This document shows positions 27,271 to 41,932 of a DNA stretch of 64,000 nucleotides, piece by piece. The notes below the pieces were generated by a model. That model did not search any database, was not told the DNA's origin, and saw only the letters and a list, made by a program, of their open reading frames with translations. This DNA comes from the human T2T-CHM13v2.0 reference genome, Homo sapiens. Positions within the stretch are counted from its first letter, which is position 1. The number at the start of each line of letters is the position of its first letter. Location of the stretch: the NCBI RefSeq assembly GCF_009914755.1, contig NC_060930.1. One strand, 5' to 3'. Both the position numbers and the translations under genes were made by a program.

Positions 27271-29653
27271 ATATATTAGCAGAGTTAAGTTTCCAGAAGC
27301 TATAAATACAGGCAAACATTGCATTTACAAAAGTAGGTACTTGATTTTTATTATTTGAGCTATAGGGGTAACAAGTGACCATAAGTTGAAAATGGTTATT
27401 TGATTTTGCATGCATGCAAGCACATGTGAAATATGTGTTTATATCTGTAGATTTTGTCTTAGCACAGGTGAAATACTGAAAACATGAAATATTACTTAAA
27501 GCATGAAATGCTGAAAAGGCAAACTGTTCTTAATGTATTTCATAAACAAAACATTACTACATAGAATATAAATGCCAAAATTCCTGCTTTGGAGTTTGTT
27601 CTTGTATTATGTCATAATGACTAGCCATTAAATGTAACTCATTTTTTTGGCTTGTCAGTGGGAAACAACATTCTCGTCCTAAGTGCAGCCCGGGAGGAGA
27701 CAGCGCTATCTATGGTAACACCTAGGCATCCTTAAAAGACAGATAGGAATATGAATCTTGTCCATTTCAGGGACAGCCATTTCTTGCTGAGGGGCTAAAC
27801 CACTAAGAAAAGAGGAGACAGAGCATCAGGCATTATCTCTTCTTGGAAGAAATGAATATTCATATTACTATTCATTGTCACTAGTCACTATTGAAGTGAC
27901 TAAAAATTAGTAAATTTCTGGTCATCAGTGGACAGCTGCAACATCAACAAATTATTTGAAAAATCAACACCTGCTGAAAGCATGTTTTCCCCAAAACCTT
28001 ATTGAAGTCCCAAACATCAGAGTTGTCAACTAACTTCTATAATGCTATCTGAAACTGCAATTAAAGTTCAAGGTGGTAGAATAGCAAACTAGTGACATCA
28101 AACAGCAGGGGAGCCTCTGGGCTAAGATGCAGTTAGTCCACAAACATAGTCCCTTTGCAGTCTAGCAGGGAATGATACATCAGCACCAGGTCCATGACAG
28201 GAACCCAGCATCGCTGATTAGTTTGAAATTTTCCTTGCTCATTTGTGCATGAAAAGCCATATATCACTTAATGCCAATGACCAAGAGTCTTCTCAAACCA
28301 GGGTCAAATTGCTAAAGGCTATTTTTTTCCTAGCATATTGAAAAACCTCATTTTTTCCCAAGAACTTTCCCAGAAATTAGACTAAGCAGCAAATATTTTC
28401 CCTTTACTTCAGATTTATTGTCTGGGCTACCACACACCCAGGTGGCAGCAAAAAACACTGAAAATGTCTGCATTTGGCTGGTGTGGAATAAATGGTCTTA
28501 ATAGCTCACAAATATCTGAGGAATTAAACCTAGGAAGACAGCATCACCACATTGAGCTGCTGAAGTGCATGTCTACTACTTCAATTTTTAGATGACAATA
28601 TTCAATTAACAACCATGGTATCATATTAGTCATTATTAACACTTACTAAGCACCTCTGCCTCTAGTATGCAAAGTGCAGAATTCAAGTTTAATATGGTGG
28701 GACTCTAACTGTCAGATGGCATCTTCACTGGATTTATGCTTCTCTATGAAACAATGGGTTCCTTTCCAAGCTAATCATCCTAAGTTTCTAAGTATTTGGC
28801 CTTCATTTTTATATATGCCTAATATGCTCAGAAACAAGAAATGCATGACTAATCACAAGTAAATTTATAAAAGAATACATTTTCTGCTTAGAGTGATAAG
28901 TATCTTTTTGATGAGAATGATTTAGTTTTATTGAGAGAGATTAAAATTTAAAACCAGCAACTAAAATCTTAGAAATGCTTCCCTTTAATATTCTCAGGGA
29001 TGATAAACAGAAAATAAAAAAGGGAGAATTTGAGAGGCTTAGGAGGAGGAATCCCTCAAAATGCATAGAAGATATTTAGATCTATGAAAATAATTCAAAG
29101 AACTGGCTCTATTATATAAAACTGGAAAGATCCTTCTGTTCTGATGTTGAGTGTCTCTCCCTAGGCTAATCCAAACGGCTCAGAAAGGTCATGTGCTATA
29201 ACAGACAATAGCTTTAGAAGATCATAATTTTATCTTTTGTTGCTTTTTGATGTTAATGAGTAAATAATGGCATTTCTTGACAAAGACTAGTTACATAGTG
29301 ATAACTGGCAGAAACCTCTACATTTTGACCAGAGTGAATACTGTAGGAGTCACCTCACTATATAGTGTGGGGAACATAATGGACTGAGCCTGCACAAGGA
29401 AAAGAGGCCAGGGTAGCCCATGTGATGGCTCGGCTTGCCCTGTCTATTCAGTTCTGATGTTCTCTGCAGGTCAGAAGAGAGGACCTTTCCCAGGGACTCA
29501 CCAGGTATGAGGTCAAGCAGTGGCCAGTGTCAAAAAAAAAAAAAAAAAAACGAGGGAATACACACAATACCTTCAGTTAAGAGGTACTATGATAGCATGA
29601 AAAGAACACTAGATTAAGGCAAATGTCAGCAGACTATAAAATACATTCTCACC

Positions 29654-29771
29654 AGAAGAATTGCTTGAACCCAGGAGGCGGAGGTTGCAGTGAGCTGAGA
29701 TGAGATTGTGCCACTGCAGTCCAGCCTGGGAGACAGAGTGAGACTCTGTCTCAAAAAAAAAAAAAAAAAAA
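29654..29771 (+). mobile_element. 5'-truncated Alu right-arm fragment
   Basis: agaattgcttgaacccaggaggcggagg...poly(A); attctcac duplication on both sides. Confidence 0.92.
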
Positions 29772-29899
29772 TTCTCACTTGAGAAAGTTAGATAACATTC
29801 TCACTTGCAAAAGCTAAATAAGGCCAACGATCACTGAGATAGTGATTGCCAGTAATTACAAGAATCTAAGTGAATTCTCTTTTACTCCAGATCTAGTAT

Positions 29900-30110
29900 T
29901 TCCACATCACCTCTCAGTTAGCAGACCAATTCAGCTCTCCTGATTATGTACCCTTGTATAAGTCACTTCCACTTAGTGGGACTTGGTTTCCCATCTATAA
30001 AATGGACACAATAATTCCTGCCCTGCTATCTTCCTGGGTTACTGTAAGAACTAAGTGAATCTCCATATGTGAAAACAATATGAAAATGAAAATCACTAGA
30101 TCATTGTAAG
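29900..30110 (+). mobile_element. MIR SINE
   Basis: aagtcacttccac...ggtttcccatctataaaatgg core. Confidence 0.65.
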
Positions 30111-30369
30111 ATATGAATTTTAAATCCATGGCCCTTCTCAATCACAGTTTTATAGATGTCCCATCACAGGCCTTCTGTGTCATGACTTAAGTTCCAACAT
30201 AGTTCATTTGTATTCATCTTTAAATGTAAGTATATCCTTCTCCTTAAAGTTCTCCACAAGTCCTTTTCTGTGAAAACACAAGATAGACATCTACTAATTA
30301 TTCCATCTCACTGTGCCATATTAATCTGTAGACTGGAGTATGAGGCCCCAGGAGGTTGGGATTCTGTCT

Positions 30370-30778
30370 GTATTTGTTAATATACTACCAGCTGCTGTAA
30401 CAAACAAAATCCAAAATGCATAGGGGCTCATTCTCAATAGCAATCTAAAATGTGTGTTCTGATAGATGGGTGGCTCCATACTGGGAGGAATTAAAAAGCC
30501 CAAACTCCTTCAAACTTATGGCTTCACCATCTGCAACAAGGATTCAATCTTCTGCCATGATTATGACAAAAGCACAGAAGCATAGAGGGTAAACCAGGAG
30601 AGGGTTTGATGAGTCAGGTGATGAAGTTGCACACAGGGACTTCCCCCCACATTCCATTCACTAGAACTCAGCCACATGGCTCATCTCTCTGTAGCAAGGC
30701 CTGGGAAATGCAGTCTAACTGTGAGTCCAGTAAGAACAGGACACAGGTTTGGTAAACAGCCAGCCAGTCTCTGCCACC
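30370..30778 (-). mobile_element. Old MaLR LTR (MLT1J/K-like)
   Basis: gctgctgtaacaaac start; cacattccatt..ctagaactcagccacatggc...gggaaatgcagtct; ends ccagtctctgccac. Confidence 0.65.
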
Positions 30779-31900
30779 CTCATACTCGAAATTTAAAGGA
30801 TGCTTTCTAATGTATGAATGAACTGACTAGTACATCTGAGTCTTGGCCATGAAGTAATAAAGGAAAAAAAAAAAGAAAACTACTATACGTAAATCATGTT
30901 CACAGCTCTAATTCACTTAATTTCACAAATCACTGTTTGCCCTTCTATTCCTAATATATGCAAACCCAATTTTAAGGATGAAAAATGACATTGCTAAAAG
31001 AAAAAAGAAAAGCATCATAAACAAAGCTTAAAGTTTCTAAAAAAGAATCACTCCCTAATAAGGGAATATCATGGAGAGAAGAGAATCATGAACAGATAGA
31101 ATTTTCCAGCAATACACAAAGAAAAGATAAAAATAATGTGATAGCTTCTACTTGCTGTGCAATTTACTTTGGAATTTTACATTTTTATACTAAGAGGTAA
31201 AGTCCTGCCATGTTTCTGTAGCTAAGCTAGACTTTACAACATAAAATTCTGATTTTGATGGTTTAATATCTAAGTTGTTTTAAAATAAATTGAGTTTAAA
31301 GACTGACCAAATGTATGAATTAAAAAAAAGATCTTTGGCATTTTTAAGTAAAGTCACTAAGTACAGCAAGAATGAATGCAGGGTCTTTTAAAGGCATCAT
31401 ATAAAACTCTGTAGTATATACTTTTAAATGTCTGCATTTGACCAGGTCAAGATTGCTAGTGTATTTAATTCTTACTAAAAGAAATCTATGAAGTATAAGT
31501 TTAAACTTCATTTGGTAACTAAGTGCATATGCCAGCATTTCATCATAACCTAGAAGTTTCAGGTGATGAAATGCTACAGTGAATGCTCCAACCAGGAGGA
31601 TCTCTTTACTTTAGTGGAATTTGCTTCACCACACAAGCTTTCAAAATAGATTTATTTCTGCTATTTTTTCTGACTATATTTTAAAAGAGAAATGACATAG
31701 GTTTCACAGATGCTGGTGAAATAATTACAGTTGCAAAGGCAAGGCATATAATTAGTTGAAGAACAGGGTTAAAAAAAGATTTCACCTACACTATGTGGGT
31801 ACAAAGACTTAGGGTTAACTGTGAAGCAACTGCTGTCTGCATCTTTCATAGCTATAACCAACACTGAGGCAAAAAATACCCCAACTATATATATATATAG

Positions 31901-31903
<3 letters not shown>

Positions 31904-31948
<45 letters not shown>
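31904..31948. repeat. (CA)n microsatellite
   Basis: About 22 perfect units. Confidence 0.97.
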
Positions 31949-31951
<3 letters not shown>

Positions 31952-34689
31952 CTCAGGACACAAAGAGAAGATATCCTTCCTAAACTCAAAAGCGCACAGA
32001 TGCTTACACTGAAAATAAAGTCAGTAGTTGCCTTCACTGCATAGGCGTCAGCAAAAATCAGGACAGAGCAAGGACAGGAGAGAGAACAATGAAGAATGAT
32101 TCCTCCTTTCCTATAATCAAGGGCCACAATTCACTCCCTGAGACACAGAGAGATGACTTCTCTTCTTTGGCACCCAGTGTATGGGAACATCACTCCTTCA
32201 CACACCCCTGACTCCTGAGGAGTGGGAGGCTGAAAGTACCAGGAAAGGAACCAAATCATCTCATTTTCATATGAACCTGTTGAACTCCTAAGCATTTCAA
32301 CTTCTAAGCTGAAAGAGCTCTTAAGCATGAATTATCAAAAGCTGTTTATCACCTGTTTTCACAATCTCCTAATTCTAAGAAGTTTCCAAGCAAGTCTACA
32401 ATGACACAGTGCATCAAACTCTAGTACAAACTTTAATTGCATATGGAAGCACAATGCCAGTGTATTTTATTCAATATGTATAAATTTTAATTGGAAAAAT
32501 TTTCTCACAGCTTAAACAATCACACCTTAGTGATGAAGAGCTCAAAGGACTTGTGAATAATTATAAATGAATACTATACGTAGTTGTGGCCTGGAGAACT
32601 CCACTCAATTTCAGAAAATGTTACACCAGTACTAAAGTAGATTGATTGAGTGTCCCACAAAGACAGCAGGTAAGAGGTGGTTTGGAAGGCAGGTACAATA
32701 ATAGGGTCACACTCTCCTGATCTGGCTTGACACCATGATAATTTTTAGAACATCAGGATTCATAACTCTAGTCCTTTCAGAGGAAGGCAGGTAATGAAGA
32801 TGTGTAAAGTGGCTTGCTGAAGACAAGAAAGAGAATTATTAGTGCCCAAAAGCCAACTGAAGACTTAATGGCCTGCCTTTATGTGAATCAAATTGAAAAA
32901 AAAATACACATTTGGAGGTCCTGAGTTATGACCCCTGCTTGGAAAAACAAATGCCAGCATACTTCTGTCAACTAACCTAACTAACCTTTGCATAAGGTAT
33001 TAAGCAACAGTAAAAAGTTAAAAATTGTTCTCTGACACATGTTGGGGTGTAGATACTCTAGCTTATTAGTCAAATAAGGACTCTATAGTCATAATAGATG
33101 GTCTGTGGGAGAAGGGCAAAGCTGACATCCTTTTAACAAAATAAGGCAGCCTAATAATGTGCTTGAGATTATAAGGCCATTCCACCTCACCTTGGAGAAA
33201 GGCTTAAAAAAAATCCCACAGGAAAAGTGCTAGATAATTATTGTGAATAGACTTTTTAAAGATGAATGGAGAATAGTCATCCTTTCAATTGGATTCCACA
33301 GGGCATGGCCACAAATTTTAGCCTTTGCTCCCCAAAATAAACAAACAAACAACAAAAAACACATAATCAACAAGTTCCCTTAACAGTGTGCTGAGTGCCA
33401 CCCTACATAACGCCAGATTGTGAGGTATATACCCTTCAAGATGAACTAGATGCAAAACATACACCAGGTATAATAAAAGAAGGAGAAGATGGGCTGTAAA
33501 CAGGGGAGTAATTACATGGGCTGGCAAGGCTAGCAGATGTCTTTAGGGAACTAGAGAGCCAAAGGAGCCAGGAGGGCCTGGTATGTGACCCTGGCCACTT
33601 GTACCAGCCAGCCTGTGCACAAGAGGGAACAGCTTGTGCTCCCCATGGAGGGACAGGGAAGCAATTAACTCCAACATTCCCTTCTCAAGGAACCCCCCAG
33701 CTCCTCTCTACCCCCTGAAATCCCAGCCAGCCTCAGAGAGTATCATGGTAATAAGCCAGATCCCAACACTGCCCCCCAACAACTGCCCCCTATCCCAACT
33801 TGGGAACCTTTTACTTAGAGCTTGCTCTTTCTGTTGGTGGAAGAGGACACAGAGAGACAAAGGAATCCTGCCTTCCTTTGCTCATCTTCAGGGCTTTCCA
33901 AGTAGGGCAGAGTTTTACAGAAAAAAAAAAAATCTACTTTTCTTCAAGGTGAGGACCTTATACAGAAAATAGCATATGGGAACAGTTTCAGGGAAGGTCT
34001 GAGAAGACTGCGTGTCTCCTGACCTAGCTCTACCATCTCATCAACTTGCTGAGCTCATATTTAAGCATACAAGAGCTCTTCAGACTGCACATAGATTTTA
34101 TAATGCCACCTACCAAGGGCCTAATTTGGAGGGCTCTGGTAGAGGCTTATGAAACACCAATATGTAGGGTGCTAAAAGCCTTACCTTTCATTCATTTAAC
34201 AAATATTTAATGAGCATATACCAAGTGTCAGATGTTTTGCCTGGTGCCAGGTCTACAATGGGGAATCAGACATCATCTCCGTCTGCCCTGGAGAAATTGT
34301 GCCTAGAGGACAGCCCTCTCAACACAGGTTAGAACTACTGTTCTCAACCTGGATAGATCTCAATACATCTACACATTAACTAACATCTTCGTCTAAAAAG
34401 CAGTATTTTAAAAAATTTCATCATCAATACCAATACCTGTACTGAGTATTACTGTACCTACTGGGTTACTGCCCTGTAGATCTGCCTTAGTCTTATTCAC
34501 TGTCAGTACTCCCAATATACTCACATTTTGGAGAAATAGGATACAAAATGGCTTATGTTCTCAAGTAGCTTACAATCTCCTTTGAGAAACAAAATATTTA
34601 CATGAAACCATAAATGATAGAGTGGAAAAGATACTATGGAAAATTCATGCAAATATTCAATAAACAGGCTGCATAAAATTTGGTATCCA

Positions 34690-34766
34690 GGCTGCTCTGC
34701 CTATGGAGTAGCCATTCTTTATTCCTTTACTTCTTAATAAACTTGCTTTCACTTTACTCTAAAAAA
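34690..34766 (+). mobile_element. MER41-like ERV LTR fragment ending in a short poly(A)
   Basis: gctctgcctatggagtagccattctttattcctttacttcttAATAAActtgctttcactttactct followed by aaaaaa. Confidence 0.7.
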
Positions 34767-35074
34767 CCATGTGTTATCCAAATCATAACACTTCTCAGAG
34801 CAAAGGGGAGAACTATCAATACTTAATATTGGGAATGTCTCTGGCAATTCAAAACCTAAGATCACTATTTTCACAAATCCCTTTTTTTGGGAGGTGAATT
34901 CTCTAATTCAAAAACCATATTCAGTTCCTCATCAAAGAAATATTTATGGAAAATTTACCATATTCAAGGTATAATGGCAGGCTTTTCTAGAGGTAGGCTT
35001 TGAGCAGGAGCTCACAGAGATAAATAAGACATAATTCTTATTTATCTATTTATTCTTATCTGTCTGTCTATCTA

Positions 35075-35330
35075 AGACATTAAAATACCATAAACGCATA
35101 CCATGTGATGTTCTTATGCTCAGCTTTTTGCATATGCATTATCTCATTTAGTCATCAAAACAACCCTAGGAGATAAACAGTATTACTACTATTTTATAGA
35201 TGAGGCTTCTAGTGGTTAAGTAACTGTCCAGGATCCACGGTCCCTCTGGCTGTAAGGAGCTGGCATTGGAACTAGGTACATCTCATTGCAATACCCAGCT
35301 CCTACTCTGTGACAGGTACTGCATGGATTA
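35075..35330 (-). mobile_element. MIR SINE
   Basis: gcattatctcatttagtcatc...attttatagatgagg...gttaagtaact. Confidence 0.7.
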
Positions 35331-36659
35331 GTCTGAGGAGGAAAACATGTATTTCTTGTTAGAGTAATCAAGGATGACTCAACAGGGGATAAGTGATGTT
35401 ACATATAGATCTTGAAGGACTGAGTTAGAAGGATTTTAAAAGGCAAAGAGTAGAGGGGATGGCAACCCAGGGAGGTGGAACAATGGACCAATAGCCTGGA
35501 GCTGGAAAGACTAAGCATTGAGCAAGGAGGAGTCAACTTGGCCAGTACTTCATAGTTCTGAGTAGAGGACCTAGGAACTGTAAGACTGGAAGACAGGTAA
35601 GCTGAAGTCACCTTTCCCTTTGTGTTTAATTTAAGCAAATAGGAAACTCAGTTTGCATGCCCTGAGTACACTCCATAGTGAATTTGCATTGACGCCAACC
35701 AGTTCATCCAGGTCAAGATGTCTGGGAGGTAGAGGGCTTCATACAGCTGGCCTGAAGGGGGCATTCTATCATCCAAAGGCATGACAGTGCCAACTCATGG
35801 CTGGATGTAGTTCTGGCAAAACTGAAATGATGTAAATCAATCTAATTTTTTTCCATAGAAATAATGTTATAATGAGTGTGATATTTCATATAAATGGCTG
35901 GATACCCACGTTCTCATAAAAAGCACCCCAAACGCCTTAAACAGTAGTCCCATAACTTGTATCTGCTGAAGAATAATATCTTCAGTGTGTACATGTAAAT
36001 TAAATTGGCTGGTGTCATAGTCATAATTTTAATAAGTCGAAACTATCCCAGGAGACAAAACATTTGCAATATTGGGAGGGACTCTAGGACAAGTCAAAGT
36101 GACTCCAAAGAGAGAGGCTATGCACAAGGCCAGGAGGCCACCAGCTGGCAGAAAGCTGCCATAAAGAACAGAAGGACTGGCCAGTGACCCAAAACCTGTG
36201 GGGTCAAGTCGTAGGCAAAAGGATTACAAGATCAAGGCCAGCTGTAGAGCATGTCCCTACCTCCAGGCTCTTCCTCATCCACATAAAGTCTCCTAAAGCA
36301 ATATTTCTAGTCTTACTGCTCTCCTGCTCAAAGCCTTTCAGTGACTCCCCATTTCCTACCCAGTTCCAAACTCCATGTCTATCACTTAGGGCCCTCCAGA
36401 ATCTGGTTTACTGTCCATCCAGCCTAATCTTCCACTACATCTACTCCAACAAGCTAGGCTGTAGAAAGATGGCTTAGTCATTATTCTCAAGCATAAGAGG
36501 CATCTTTATGCCTTTGCTCAGGCCATGAGCTTGGCTTGGCAGACTTTCCTTATGATCTGTATCATGATCTATTAAAACTTACCTAGACATAAGACCCAAC
36601 TCATATGCCAGCTGTTTCATGAAACTTGATACACAAGAAATGCTCTGTAAATATGTCTG

Positions 36660-37185
36660 TGGGTGAATGGATGGAAGGAAGGAGGGAGGGAGGGATGAAG
36701 GAAGGGACGGATGGAAGAGATAGAGGCAGGGATGGATGGAAGGAGAGATGGAGGGATAGATGGGTGGACAGAGGCAAGGAGGGAGGGAGAGATGAAGAAA
36801 GGGATGGAGGGAAGAGAGAGATGTGGGATGGATGGATGGATGGATAGATGGAGGGATGAATAGACAGAGGGAAGGAGGGAGGGAGGGATGAAGAAAGGGA
36901 TGGATGGAAGAGAGAGATGGGAGAGGGATGGACGGATGGATAGATGGAGGGATGGATAGATAGAGGGAAGTAGGGAGGGAGGGATAGAGGGATGGAGAGA
37001 AGAAAGGAGGGCTAGATGGATAGAAGGATGGATGAATAGAAGGATGGATGGAGGGATGGAGGAAAGGATGGGGGAGGGATGAATGGATGGGGGATAGAGG
37101 CAGGGAGGGAGGAAAGTATGGAAGGATGAATGGATGGAGGGAGGAAGGGAATGCTGGATGAAGGGATAAATGGATGGATGGTGGA
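36660..37185. repeat. Purine-rich compound (GGAT/GGAG/GGAA) low-complexity tract
   Basis: About 525 bp almost free of C on the + strand. Confidence 0.93.
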
Positions 37186-37913
37186 GGACCTCATAACGAA
37201 TCTCTCAGCTGGTATAATCATTCTCCTGTCAGTATGCCATAGTACATATTTGTTCCTATTTTAAAACGTTGCATGCTCTCTTCTTCCATTAACATTTGAA
37301 TACAGCTCTTCTCTTCCTTATTAAATGAAAGGCTCCTGAAGGCTGAATTATATTCATCTTTGTATCCCACACAAATCCGAGTACAAGGTCTTTCACAGAA
37401 TACGTGCTTAAGATATCACAGTATCAGTAGTATGGTATACCCAGCAGCAGGCAGAAAACATGCATAATGGAAAGCATAATCCATGTAAGGGATGAATACT
37501 AGATATGAATGGCTGTAAATGGACCTACGTCAGCTTTAACTATTCCAGACAAAAGTCAGGTCTCTAATCTGAAGTTACCTTTAGGCAGAGACAGACAAGG
37601 TCATCACCTCTTACTCCTCCTTCAGGCCTCAATTCTGGCACCATCTTTTCCCTGAAGCCTGAGAACACTCGCCCTGCCTCACCCATCCTGAGATTCTAAG
37701 CCCTCCCTCTCCTCACTCTTGGCACTGGGCACACACCCCTTTAAGATACAGGCTGAGTGTGCTCCTATGTAACTACTGCCCCCGTGTCTCTCTTCAGAGC
37801 AGAAGAGTTGGCTTTGCTCATCTCTGTGACCCATTATTCCAGAACAGTATTTGGCACACACTTGGCTCTTAATAAAGACTTCTTTGTAAGTACTTCATTT
37901 TAGAAGTACTTAG

Positions 37914-38318
<405 letters not shown>

Positions 38319-38329
38319 TAAATCTCTTA

Positions 38330-38580
38330 GGGTCATAGGACATAGGCTAGGCTTTACAGTCAGGCAGCCCCAGCTGGGAATATCAGCTCTGCTTCTTCTA
38401 GGTTTGTTCTCTTAAATAAGTCACTTACCCTCTCTAGGCTGATTTCCTCACATCACATCGTCCATAGGGATAACAACACCTACCCTGCAGAATGTTGTCA
38501 GGGCCACAGGTTATGTAAATAAGCACCTAACAGAGCTCCCAGCCATTGGTTGTTGCTCAATAATGATAGCAATTATAATG
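38330..38580 (+). mobile_element. MIR SINE
   Basis: aagtcacttaccctctct...atagggataacaacacctaccctgcag...gctcaataa. Confidence 0.65.
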
Positions 38581-38838
38581 ACTAGACTAAGAGGATAGGT
38601 AAAAGTAAATGTTGATATATTTTTTTCAATGACTATACGTATATATTGTTTTTAATTATAGTGTATTTTTACAAAATCAATCTTAAGAATTTAATTCAGT
38701 AACCCCATACATAGTCCACATCTTTGGGGCTATAAATTATTTGTCATGCTTTCAGTAAGAAACTCAATCCAACAGGCAAAGGAAACATAATGGAATACAT
38801 AGATGTCTTGAGTTTATAGAAAAACATGCAAAATATTA

Positions 38839-39160
38839 GGCTAGGTTCAGTGGCTCATGCCTGTAATCCCAGCACTTTGGGAGGCCAGGGGGGCAAATCA
38901 CTTGAGGACAGGAGTTTGTGGTCAGTATAGCCAGGATGGTGAAACCCCGTCTCTATTAAAAATACAAAAATTAGCCGGGCATGGTGGTGCATACTTGTAA
39001 TCCTAGCTACTCATGAGGCTGAGGCAGGAGAATTGCTTGAACCCGGAAGGTGGAGGTTGCAGTGAGCTAAGATCGCGCCACTGCACTACCGCCTGGGCAA
39101 CAGAGTAAGACTCTGTCTCAAAAAAAAAAAAAAAAACAAAAAAAGAAAGAAAGAAACAGA
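38839..39160 (+). mobile_element. Alu (AluS)
   Basis: Full dimer with A-rich tail. Confidence 0.95.
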
Positions 39161-39539
39161 AAATGCAATATATGGCACAGGAGGTAAGGCTATAGGATCT
39201 GTCTTCAAACTGATTTCTGCTTCATGGTTTTCCAAGGAGAATTGAAAAAAATAATCAGTGGATAGGAAAGAGGATGTTTCCTCAACATTAAATATTCAAA
39301 GCAGGTCAATAAGAGCACTACACATCAGGAATTCTTCATCAGTCTCTGTGCCTCCCAAACATTAACTATGTAAGCGGTACATGTGTACACCATATTGAGA
39401 AAAACCGATGTGTTTTGGACAGAGTCTCCGAAGAACAAAAATGAGTGTCTAGCTTCCTGTGTAAACCAATGTCATTACATTCAAAGAACAGTACATCAGG
39501 AAATTCCCTAGAAAATGTCTGTTTTCATGAGGCACGTGC

Positions 39540-39590
39540 ATGTGTGTGTGTGTGTGTGTGAGAGAGACAGAGAGAGAGAGAGACAGAGAG
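39540..39590. repeat. (TG)n(AG)n compound microsatellite
   Basis: Direct observation. Confidence 0.93.
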
Positions 39591-40189
39591 AAAGCGCAAA
39601 CAAGCTGATGGCATTCCACCATGGAATGACCTCAGAGCACTGTAAAGCAAATCATTAAAAATGCAACACATGCAAACTCTTCCACTGCAGATGCAGAGGG
39701 ATTAGTGAAAGCAGAGTGGTCACTTAAGATCAGTTTAAGAAACCTGGCTGCTTACAAATGGGAGTAAGTAGGTGGATTTTTCCAAACCACCCTATTTACA
39801 TCTTCTAAACCCTATCATTTTGTGCAATGGCTAAAATTTCATGCATGTCACGAGTGTTTCCCCTCCCCCTACACACAATGTAGCTGCTTTGAAGAATGTC
39901 AGATTAGAAACAAGGAGAAAAAAGAGCCATTCTTTTAAAGTCTCAAAAATTCACAACTAAATTTAAATTACACAACTTTCAGTTGAAGTAAGAAAGGCAG
40001 AGCCAACAGTCCTTACATCATGGTATGAGAATACTTCCTAACACATTCTCTCCACACGGATTTCACAGACCTCACCCCCCATGTTAAGTGTGTACACTAA
40101 GTTAAATCCTTTATGTAGCAATTATCCTAACAGTGCCTTTAATTCTTCAAACTAACGGATATCATATCAATGAGTAAATAAATCCAAAA

Positions 40190-41300
40190 GAGGTTCTGAT
40201 TCAACCTCAGATGAACATGGAGTAGCTGAAGCCAGATTTACCCTCCTGCCTGAAAACAGCGATAGAAGTAGACAACATGCATGAAACAATAGCTCTCAAG
40301 ATGCTGGGAGCCACCTGGCAGGAAGGGACAGTGGTCCCTGAAAGAAGGGAAGCAAATGAGGTGAACTCTACAATTGCCCCAGCAGCTGGCCTGGAGAGAG
40401 TGTTCAGGCCATGGCCTAGGAAAGGGTGACCTAGGCAGAGATCAGCAGTCCCCGAGTGGAGGACTTGGAGATGGAAGTCCAGGGAGCCGAAGATGGTTAA
40501 AGGTCACAGGGTGAAATACCAGGGAGGACAGCACTACACCGAGCGAAATCCAAAGAGCTGTGAATATTCAGTTGAGTACTGATTGATCAGCACGTGAGGA
40601 AACTACCTGCAGCCAGGGAAAAACCACCTGAAAGTATTAGAGGGAACAGTGCCTAGTATTCACAAAGGGCCGCCAGCTCTGTTCCCAACAGCCGGAGGGG
40701 AAAATCCCATAATTTATGGGGCATTGGTTAGAGTACTAAGAAAGGTCTTGCCTTGATAGTGGAGAAAAATCCACTCTAGACTAAATGCTGCCCTGGTCCT
40801 ACCTAACAAAGCTTTTTAAAAAGCAAGACATAAAAAGATCATACTGTTTCTAAGTATCCTATACCATGCCCCATAACAAACCTCCGTAAAATTTTTAGGA
40901 ATTCAGAAGTTTCTAGTAGCCAATAAGGTAAAATTCTGGCATCTAATCCGAAATTATGAAGTAGAAAGTGGAAAAGTGTGACCTATAAAGAGGAGAAAAA
41001 TTAACTGATCAGAACCGACCCAGATGATAGAATTAGTAGAAAAGGACAATAAGACAGTTTTTTAAAAACTGCATTCCATATGTTCCAGAAACTAAAGAAT
41101 GGCTGTGTTAAGTGGAAACAATATGGAAAAGATTAAAAAGACCAAAATTAAACCCCTAGAGAGGAAAAGTTCAAAATTTGATATATATAATACAGTGGAT
41201 GGCAGATTAGACATTAAGGCAGATAATACATTATTGAAGAAAAGATTAGTGAACTTGAAGACACAGCAATAAAAATGATTCAAAGTGAAACAGACAAAAT
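40190..41300 (+). mobile_element. Ancient L1M (L1MC/MD-like) 5' UTR and ORF1 remnant
   Basis: atggagtagc..ccagatttaccctcctgcctgaaaac 5' end; ORF1 coiled-coil remnant gaagaaaagattagtgaacttgaagacacagcaata. Confidence 0.7.
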
Positions 41301-41932
41301 ACTTGGCCCTACTTGAAGTCCACAATTCTGAAATTGTGTCTGAAAGTTAAATGCTACCACTTATTCTGAGGCTCAGACAAAATTCATTGCATCATTCAAG
41401 ATCAACTGAACACTGTAAAAAAAGTGTTTATTTTTGTTAATAAAATTATGACTTTATAATATTTAATATAATTATTTCACTTTATAATCTTTCTATTGAT
41501 GGATATATACACTGTTTATAAGATCTGTCACTGCTATGTATACAGCCAAATATACATCAATAATGAAAACCCATAGGCAGGTTATTATTTTTCAGTTACT
41601 ATAGTCAGAATTATATTAATGCAATCAAAATTGTTATGAGGGCTAATTTCACTTAAAGGGTTATATTCTTTGTTTTTCTGATCTAGTTTCTGACTATCTT
41701 TTGTTTCACCTATGTCTCTCTGTTATCTGTGGTTGAATCTTCTGGATTCTGAAAATCATTCACACTTATGATTTTATTAACATATATACATGGATGACAT
41801 ACATATTTAATTGATTTTCCTTAAATTTGCCCCTTCATTGTAGTAAGAGATAGTATATTATTAAATCATTTAAATTCAATCATGTATAAGATATAAGACA
41901 TTATGTCTGGATGCTCCATCATCAGTTCAGAG

